Source of the DNA: Octopus sinensis
Taxonomy: Eukaryota
Direction: 5' to 3'
Assembly (NCBI RefSeq): GCF_006345805.1
Contig: NW_021824627.1
Location: forward strand, 1-17,874
Length of the DNA stretch: 17,874 nucleotides
Position numbers and translations under genes: made by a program. The notes beneath the pieces were generated by a model that searched no databases, was not told where the DNA came from, and saw only the letters and a program-made list of their open reading frames with translations. Every line of letters begins with the position of its first letter. Positions within the stretch are counted from its first letter, which is position 1. Shown in pieces: positions 10,380 to 17,874 of this stretch.

Positions 10380-10712
10380 AATTGTATCGAGGGAGGTGAT
10401 TATAAGCCATTTAAAAACACACAAAAACTGTTAGATTCACTTCAACATTTGGATTTATTTTGTCATGATATTTTCATCGCTTTGAAACCGCGACCTGTTC
10501 GCTGACAAAATTCCGCACTGCACCACGGACATTTTGTCAGTGAACGTGTTGCGGTTTCAAGCGACGAAAATAAATTAAATTTGAATGTTGAAGTGAATCT
10601 AACGGTTTTTTTTTTTTTTTTAATACCTTATAAACACCTTCCACGCTGCAATTGTTTTTTTTCTTAGCACACGATATCAGATCAAGTCACTTGCTATGCA
10701 AGTACACCTCCG
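10380..10712. mobile_element. Palindromic element (inverted arms 10380-10653 plus a unique extension to about 10712), probably an inverted Penelope pLTR pair
   Basis: AAAAACTGTTAGATTCACTTCAACATT pairs with AATGTTGAAGTGAATCTAACGGTTTTT; TTGAAACCGCGAC pairs with GTTGCGGTTTCAA; CTGACAAAAT pairs with ATTTTGTCAG. Flanked by TA-rich microsatellites; hammerhead-like fold in each arm. Confidence 0.75.
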
Positions 10713-10849
10713 TAATATATATATTTATATATATATATATATATATCTCATGAATAGTAATGATAGTGATTTCGAAGTTACAGTCAATAGTATTCTTGTT
10801 AAAGAAGAATAAATTACTATTCTACAAAATGTATTGAGTAAGTGAAAAG

Positions 10850-10998
10850 AAGCATATTTATTCCAGCTCTTTATGTTCAGAGAGCAAATAAGGCCGAGGT
10901 CAATTTTGCCTTTCATCTTTTCGGGGGCAATAAAATAAAATACTAGTCAAGTACTGGGGTCGATGTAATCGATTCTCCACCCCTCAAAACTGCTGGCT
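10850..10998 (+). mobile_element. SINE family A, with its tail interrupted by SINE B and resuming at 11397-11420
   Basis: GCCGAGGTCAATTTTGCCTTTCATCTTTTCGGGG...TACTGGGGTCGATGTAATCGA...CCCCTCAAAACTGCTGGC. Confidence 0.8.
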
Positions 10999-11396
10999 TT
11001 ATTCTTTTACTTGTTTCAGTCATTTGACTGCGGCCATGCTGGAACACCGTCTTTAGTCGAGCAAATCGACCCCAAGACTTATTCTTTATAAGCCTAGTAC
11101 TTATTCTATCGGTATCTTTTGCCGGATCGCTAAGCTACGGGGACGTAAACACACCAGCATCGGTTGTCAAGCGTTGTTGGGGGCACACAGAGACACAAAA
11201 CACACACACATGTATATACATATACATATATACGACGGGCTTCTTTCAGTTTCCGTCTACCAAATCCACTCACAAGGCTTTGGTCGACCCGTAGCTATAG
11301 TAGAAAACACTTGCCCAAGATGCCACGCTGTGGGACTGAACCCGGAACCATGTGGTTGGTAAGCAAGCTACTTACCACACAGCCACTCCTGCGCCT
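10999..11396 (-). mobile_element. Full-length tRNA-derived SINE family B (about 400 bp)
   Basis: Minus-strand head AGGCGCAGGAG-TGGCTGTGTGG (A box 11385-75)...GGTTCAGTCCC (B box 11342-32); internal (TG)/(TA) tract; A-rich tail (GTAAAAGAATAA). Confidence 0.9.
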
Positions 11397-11495
11397 TGCG
11401 CAAGAAATTAAAAATTATTTATTGACAAAATGTTGTTGAGTATATAAACAAATTGCACTGCTTGTTTCTCTGGGATTGGTCAAATTGATGTAGAC

Positions 11496-11538
11496 GCCGC
11501 TGATGAGAAGCCAATAAGATTCGAAAATCAATTAAGGC
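11496..11538 (+). ncRNA. Degenerate minimal type I hammerhead motif
   Basis: GCCG-CTGATGA-GAA(gccaataaga)TTC-GAAA-ATCAAT-TA-AGGC: intact core, weak stems, mismatch at the base of stem I. Confidence 0.5.
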
Positions 11539-12106
11539 CGATCATAATTTTTTTAAAATCTATGCAGAAACAGTTAAATTAACCTTGTTTCCGATATGAA
11601 GTGTAAAACTAAAATAAAATAACAACGTAACGTAAAGTGACTACCAGTTAAGAATAAAAATTGCGTAGTTTCTCGATACGTGATTATTCTCCCTTACTTT
11701 ATATCACGTCCAATTAAACTTGGTTTAATTCCTACCATTAGTTAAAAATTTGATGACGGAGTGGTGATTGGTAGATTAAACAGATTGTTGCGTTTCATTT
11801 AAACAGTTTGCGAATTTAGATATGTTGCTATGCGTTCGGTGCTTTTAAAATAGCGTCGGATAGATATTTGCTTTCCGTCTATTCCAGACGTTGAAAAAGT
11901 AAGTAACAGTAATATATTGGTGTGAAGGATCATTCCATTGACTACAGCATTGTACAATTTTAAAAAAATTATTTTGAGCTTTTTAAAATTTTTTATAATG
12001 TAAGAAATCGTTAATTAGTTAATTAAAAAATTAACAGAATAGGAAATATGAAAGATTGTAAGGAGGGATAAGGAAAAACGTTATTTAAATAGATAGATTG
12101 ATAAGT

Positions 12107-12108
<2 letters not shown>

Positions 12109-12155
<47 letters not shown>

Positions 12156-12176
12156 ATATATTATATATATATATAT

Positions 12177-12233
<57 letters not shown>

Positions 12234-12252
12234 GGGAAAGAGAGAGAGAGAG
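12109..12252. repeat. (TA)n-(TAGA)n-(GA)n microsatellite
   Basis: Directly visible. Confidence 0.97.
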
Positions 12253-12369
12253 AAAGATTGTCAAGTACAGTGAAGGATAAATAGAAAGTATGAGAACGTG
12301 TGTGTGAGGGAGTGTATGGAAAAGTTTGCTTGTATGAGTGAACGAGTATATGTAATGTCATCGAAATCC

Positions 12370-12520
12370 CCAACTTCCGCCTCGTGTGACGCCATTTTAA
12401 AATATTGTTTAAAACTTTCATCTTTCTCTGTTAATGCATTTATAGAAGAGAATAAATAATGAAGACTCGCCTACTCGCGCAATTGGTTGAAACCATACCG
12501 ATTTCATCAGGAAGTGACGA
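12370..12520. promoter_or_regulatory. Candidate promoter or enhancer (ETS, YY1, ETS-CRE composite motifs)
   Basis: AACTTCCG 12372-79, GTGACGCCATTTT 12386-98, CAGGAAGTGACG 12508-19 in locally CpG-richer, non-repetitive-looking DNA. Confidence 0.35.
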
Positions 12521-12990
12521 ACAATCAGCTGACTATACTTTCAGCCATTCGCTGGAGATTCCGATGGAAACAACGGAAAGAGATGCTTTAAACATAATTA
12601 ATAAATCAATCAATCAAAAAAAAAAAAATACAAAGTTAAGAAAACATAACGGCGTGGGTGATGATTTCATTTCATTTCATTTCATTATATTAACATGCTT
12701 GTTTGTTTGTTTGTTTTTGTTGTTGCTTTTCTTTTCTTCCGTTGGCTCTATTAAATAATATTATGTTTATGGTGTAAAGAATTAAATATTTCCTTTTGGA
12801 AATGGTTTAACAAATACATTTGATCCATAATTAAGGAATTGGGGTAGAAACAGTTATCGAACAATGATAGAAATGAATTAATTTTCCATTTTTCTTCTTC
12901 CTTTTCTCTTTCTTCCTCTTCTCTTTATTTCGCTTCTTTTTTTCGTTCTTTTCACCCTTACTTTCATTCGTTTTCTCTTCTTTCTTTTAG

Positions 12991-13056
12991 GTTCATATAC
13001 AAACGGGGGCGAATCAAGTGCTTCCTTTTCCGCTCATTTTGTAACAAAAGACAAGG
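12991..13056 (+). other. Candidate 66-nt spliced exon of an unidentified gene
   Basis: About 100-nt polypyrimidine tract ending TTTCTTTTAG|G; donor AGG|GTAGGT at 13057; length divisible by 3; open in phase 1 (GSYTNGGESSASFSAHFVTKDK) and phase 2. Confidence 0.55.
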
Positions 13057-13499
13057 GTAGGTGTATTTCCTAATTATATCCATATAACATTCACATTTAT
13101 AAAGCAATGGTAATTACAGGAGAGAAGAACTATCATACAGACACTGAGTAAGCAAAACGCAGACCATGTCTAAGCCTAGATCTCCGGTTTCTGCATTTGT
13201 TGTCAATCTAGACAACCACCTGTACTCTTTTCCGTTTGAATAAAATTGTTAAAGTGAATACCGGTTTTATATTTGGGTCGATAAGATAAACTGCGCTCCC
13301 TACTTTAGAAATATGCTTGTTGTTTATTTTAATATATATAGAAGTAAACAAACAGCCTCACCCCACCCAGATTATCACCAGCCAGTAATTCTGGCTGAGT
13401 GGGCTCGTCGATTACAATCGGCCCTAGTGTTCATCTGACACTTAACTGACACCAGAGTGAATGATAGTTAAGCCAAGAACTCCGATTTCTGGGTTCGTT

Positions 13500-13603
13500 A
13501 ACAAACCCGAAAGAATGAAATTCAAGGTCGACCACGGCGGAATTTGAACCTAGAACGTAAAGACGGACGAAATACCGCAAAGCATTTTGCCCGGCGTGCT
13601 AAC
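13500..13603 (-). mobile_element. SINE family A fragment (older remnants at about 13370-13475 and 13670-13700)
   Basis: AAGGTCGACCACGGCGGAATTTGAACCTAGAACGTAAAGACGGACGAAATACCGCAAAGCATTTTGCCCGGCGTGCTAAC is the reverse complement of the 4849 copy. Confidence 0.85.
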
Positions 13604-13911
13604 TGTCATCTTGCTGTTCTGCTATTGTGAATATTATCAAAATGTTCGACTATCAGAAAATGTTTTGTTGGTCTTGGCAAGATTTGAACTCAAACCAGTA
13701 GGGAAATGTAACTAAATGTAGTTTTGAAATTAAGCAAAAGCCTAATTTTTTACGTTTCTTCCCGTCACCCTTTTTTCTTTTAATCTAGTGAGAGATATAA
13801 AGTAGGGACACTCTGCACAGAAAAAAATTAATACACTAGTATTTTAAAAGTAAAACTGAGAATAGTGCCAACATTAAGAGCAAGTATATGCAGGTACGTA
13901 TATCCGCCTCT

Positions 13912-14327
13912 ATGTTATTATTCAGTCTTATTTCAAGATTTCTTGCCAACAGAGAAAGAGCCAGTTTCCAACCTAGATCCAAGGCTCCTCATTGGAATTT
14001 CAGCATCAACAACAGGGAATTTTCGTATGTATGTATGTATGTATATGTGCAGATTTGTATGTTTTGTTTTATGTATGTATTCTCATGTATATAGTTGCAT
14101 ATCTAGGCATGCTCATATATACTTAAATGATAAATTTCTGGAAAGGTTTACAGATTTTTACAGTTGTAGTGATGGATTGGATCTGTAGTCTTCGAATTAG
14201 CTTTCGCCATTCTGGTTTTGAAAGAACTAATTTCTAAAGATTAGTATTTAAGCAGCGTGTTACATATCCCAGGGCCCAATAATTACCTGAACTTTTAATC
14301 TGCATAGAGTAACAGCAGATTTCTCAG
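13912..14327 (-). mobile_element. Second 3' fragment of the RLE-type LINE
   Basis: Aligns with about 7590-7948 (GTATGTTTTGTTTTATGTATGTATTCTCATG; TTTACAGATTTTTACAGTT; GATGGATTGGATC; TGTTACATATC; AGAGTAAC.GCAGATTTCTCA) with small deletions. Confidence 0.85.
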
Positions 14328-14431
14328 TATGTATGTATGTATGTATGTATGTATGTATGTATGTATGTATGCATGTATGTATGCATGTATGCATGCATGT
14401 ATGTATGTATGTATGTATGTATGTATGCATG
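14328..14431. repeat. (TATG)n microsatellite
   Basis: Directly visible. Confidence 0.95.
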
Positions 14432-15269
14432 TGGAATGAATACGAGCAAGTTTTAGTGAAGTCTTGTAGAATGTATACAATGTATGTATAATGTAGTAGA
14501 TTCGCTGGTAAATCGGACAGTAAACGCGGATAGTTTCTTTTTGGAAATATTCTTTTAGAGGCATCATAAATCCAGAAATAATGGTTAGGAAGACAGAGTC
14601 CTCAAAGTTGGAAGAGGGCTCTTGAAAACAGGAGTGGGAATTTCAGAGGTAGACGATTCTTTAGTCTTGATATTTCATCTCTTCAGATCTCAGAAATCAA
14701 TAAAGAATCAATACGTTATTGGGCATGACTTAATAGATACATGGACGCGCTCTTCTGCGAAGTTTTGCCTTATTGCCTGCGGATGAAACGATAAATTTTA
14801 TGTTCTTCAGTTTGGAATGTTCTAGGAGTAAAACAGAAGTGCTAAATTGCTGAGTAAACAATGCAGAGATTAAGTAAATAAACAGGGTACTTACGGGTAC
14901 TTACTTGTTGGGTAAAAGGGACATATGAGACGAACATTTTCGTGCCCTTAAAATAAAGTAGTATAGAGCTTTTAAAGTAAGTCATTTGAAACTTACGAGT
15001 GATGAGAGAGAAAGGGAGTGAAATAGAGAGAGGGGGAAAGGTGGCGGGAAAAAGAAACAGGAAGAAAGGTGACCGGAAGAATGAAGAGGGGAAAGAAAAG
15101 GTAGAGAGAGAGAGAGAGAATGTGAAAGGGAAAGAGAAGTAGAGTATTGGCAAAATACAGAAAAATAGCGGAGAAAAATAAGAGTGAGAAAGAGAGAGAG
15201 AGAGAGAGAGAAAATGGAAGAAAGTTGACGTTGGACTATGAGGCATGAATATATATGATACTTATAATA

Positions 15270-15465
15270 TATATGTGTGTGTGTGTGTGGGTGTGGGTGT
15301 GTGTGTGTGCGTGTGCGTGTATGTCTGTCTATCTATCTATCTATCCATATATTTATAGACACACGTACAATTGCATGTATCGGGGAGGGGTGTCCATAGA
15401 GATGTGTGTGTGTGTGCGTGTGAGTTAGTGAGTAAATATATGTAGCTAAATATTTATAAACATGC

Positions 15466-15499
<34 letters not shown>

Positions 15500-15550
15500 A
15501 TGCATGTATGTATGTATGTATGTATGTATGTATGTATGTATGTACGTATG
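15270..15550. repeat. Compound (TG)n, (TCTA)n, (TCTG)n, (TATG)n microsatellites
   Basis: Directly visible. Confidence 0.9.
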
Positions 15551-15609
15551 GTATATTTATTTTTCAGTCCCGAATTGGTGTTTAGAAATTATCATATTTT
15601 AATATAATC

Positions 15610-15800
15610 TTTTCTACTGAAGGTACAAGGCCTCAAATTTGTGGGGAGGGGGACAAGCCGATTACATCGACCGCAGTGTTTCACTGGTACTTAATTTATC
15701 GACCCCGAAAGGATGAAAGGCAAAATCGACTTTGGTGGAATTTGAACTCAGAACGTTGTTGCGACGGGCGAAATACCGCAAAGCATTCTGCCAGTTCGAT
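15610..15800 (-). mobile_element. SINE family A, near full length
   Basis: CGATTACATCGACC..CTGGTACTTAATTTATCGACCCCGAAAGGATGAAAGGCAAAATCGAC..GGAATTTGAACTCAGAACG..CGAAATACCGCAAAGCATT. Confidence 0.9.
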
Positions 15801-15865
15801 ACCTTAATCATATTTAATACTATAAAAAAGACAAGGTGGAACCATGTGGTTGGCGAGCAAGTTAC

Positions 15866-17560
15866 TTTATTTCATCGAATTGACCATGAAGGTCGAAAAC
15901 AGATAGAGGTGGCTGCGGGCTGGACAGAGACATTAATGTGTATGAAAACGACAAAGATGGAAAAAAAAATGGGAGGGGCACCGGCGCCCGCCGACCGATA
16001 ACCCCTCGAAATCACTGTTCAATTTAAATCAATAGAAATCAAAATTATAATCACAAAAATTCAAAAATTACCATTACAAATTACAAAAATATATTGTTCA
16101 TTATTCTTCGTCTTCCTCAAGTAAGTATTTCCAAGTAAGTTTTCTGCCGCTTGCAGGGAAGCCTGCATTGGCAGGCCCGGACCGAGGAAAACAAAATCTT
16201 TGTTACAGGTCTTCCTGACCTCAATCAGTTCTTTCTGATTTATGACTTCCGCAGCCACCTGCGGAGGCCAACTTGGACAGTCTATACAGGTCGAGTCACA
16301 TCGCTTTCGGTCTAGTAGACTGTCCAAGTATAACTCAACAGGCCATCCCTTGAGATAGAGAATGACAACCACTTCGTCACAAAGAGAGGTCTCATCCTGC
16401 TCTGTCAGTGGCACAATCTCGCTCCGGTGGCACACTTCCCACCGGAGGAACATCGGGTTTGGTCGGTGGCACAGCGACATCCGCTGACCGTCTCCCGTTT
16501 CTCTTCTCTTTTTTTCTTCTTTTGGTTGCGGGAGTCGGGGCCTCCGCCGGCACACCCGAAGGTCCTCCTCCTCTCCCGCAACCTGCACATCTCCTGGTAA
16601 GCAACCACCGTTGCTCACCTTTCTCCTTTCTCGTTGAGGTCGACACCTCAACGACTTCCTTCGTTTCTCCCTGCAATGGGAGAGCGTAGGGCACTTTCCC
16701 CTTTTCCTGATCCGGAGCCTTACCACGGCCCCGGAGCAGTCCTTCTTGACATGCCCTGACTCCCGGCATGAGTGACTCTTGTGGGCGGGGGCTCCTCTCC
16801 AGAATCACTGGACACCTGGAGCCAGCCATCCTCAAAAAGTCCGGGAAGGTCATTGCCTGCGGCCACTGGGGTCCACAGGGTCAAAGTTGCCTTTGCACCT
16901 ACCCAGTTGACTGCAGGCGTCACTCTTACATTTAAGAGCCTAGGCCCGCTATCCCCCAGGCCCCGACGAGCGGTATCTCTTATTCAACCCGCCTCTATGC
17001 CCGGGGGTAGCCCACATACCCAGGCTCTTATTACCTTCCTCCAGCAGTACGTCGGAAGGAACAAAATTTCCTTTCCCTCCAAAGGCTGACTTGCAAAATT
17101 GCAAGCCTCCTCCGTGGTGTCAAGCAGCAACCACACCGTTGCCTGCCTGACACCCTGGGATATATATTTTACAGGGGACAAATAGTCTTTTAGTTCTTTT
17201 TCAATGGTTTGTTTTGGGAAGACGGTGATGGTATCAAGAACTTTAGAGTAAGTTCTAACCACCACCGTCCTCTCCTCCATATCTTTTAACCACTGCTTCT
17301 GTGGGACAATCTCCCACTAAACAATCTCATCCGTATTTTTTTTTGCCATGTCCAAAGCAATAGTTTGCAAAAAAGGAGAGAGAATTCAAAAGAAAACAAA
17401 AGGGAAGAAGAAATAAATAAAAAGCAAACAATTCAATAAAAAGTCACAATAGAAGAAGAAAACAATAGTTCAAAAGAAAAAAATTCTGGGCATTCATGTA
17501 CTCCAAGCCCTTATGGTACTCCAATTAGAACCTGGACTGCTCCACTTGAATACAGCTTTC
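15866..17560 (-). mobile_element. ORF1-only non-LTR retroelement (L1/Tx1-like ORF1, disrupted)
   Basis: ATG 17349 (MAKKNTDEIV*WEIVPQKQWLKDMEERTVVVRT...RAWVCGLPPG) runs through stops and frameshifts to VILE..(S)HSCRESGHVKKDC (CX2CX4HX4C knuckle, first Cys TGT>AGT, about 16775-16735), then a K/R/P-rich linker and a C-terminal domain ending about 16061-16110. A 3' UTR and AATAAA (15871-66) follow; no endonuclease or RT follows. The 5' boundary is approximate. Confidence 0.75.
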
Positions 17561-17874
17561 CAACGTAGTCGTAAAATAGGCACTATATAAAAACAGCGAA
17601 CGACTTTCGATGGCAGGATAGTCACCAAACTATATTTCTCACAATGAGAAAAAAATTTTCACTTCATGAGAAAACTTGAAATACAGTTTTCCAATAATGG
17701 TAAATGTTGTGGTAAAACAAATTATTTGAAGGATACGCCCACCAGACAATGAGAAAAAAATCTTCATTTACTATGGACCATATTGCTGAACCACAATTGG
17801 CCAACATCATGAATTCAGTGAGGATTCCCTGTTTGTAAAATATATAAGCACAGACAACGACCCTCACCGGGTCC

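Noticed and set aside
11320-11396. tRNA gene
   Set aside because: A and B boxes are present, but they continue into a SINE body with no clear cloverleaf or terminator.
12480-12512. CTGATGA on the minus strand followed by a small hairpin
   Set aside because: No GAAA after the stem and no stem I or III, so not a hammerhead. The same applies to the minus-strand CTGAAGA at about 14686 and 14810.
12459-12758. 99-aa ORF MKTRLLAQLVET...
   Set aside because: Runs into poly-A and low-complexity sequence with no homology I recognise.
14480-14720. Possible CR1/L2 LINE 3' remnant on the minus strand (NISKKKLSAFTVRFTSES)
   Set aside because: Resemblance too weak to support without a profile search.
14885-14948. 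Tandem GGGTACTTAC giving two GTAAGT donors and a possible 42-nt minus-strand exon
   Set aside because: Weak acceptor, no recognisable peptide, and the 10-bp duplication is easily explained by slippage.
17641-17769. 24-bp imperfect direct repeat ACAATGAGAAAAAAAT.TTCA.TT (17641, 17746)
   Set aside because: Only two A-rich copies, with no array or element context; not CRISPR-like.

Overview
AT-rich, microsatellite-dense eukaryotic DNA that looks intronic or intergenic. The SINE types and repeat content suggest a cephalopod (Octopus-like) genome, which is an inference from recalled repeat families. No intact protein-coding gene is present, and most listed ORFs are microsatellite artefacts. The main contents are: (i) two 97%-identical 249-bp direct repeats (3399-3647, 5198-5446), each carrying a complete type I hammerhead ribozyme (CUGAUGA/GAAA core, GUC cleavage site, palindromic stem III); (ii) a decayed Penelope-like reverse transcriptase lying between them; (iii) several further decayed hammerhead-like motifs, including a candidate G3-C8 core variant in both arms of a ~275-bp palindromic element; (iv) two 3' fragments of an RLE-type LINE; (v) an ORF1-only (RRM/CCHC) LINE-like element; (vi) two tRNA-derived SINE families, one copy nested in the other; and (vii) a candidate 66-nt exon and two clusters of transcription-factor motifs.
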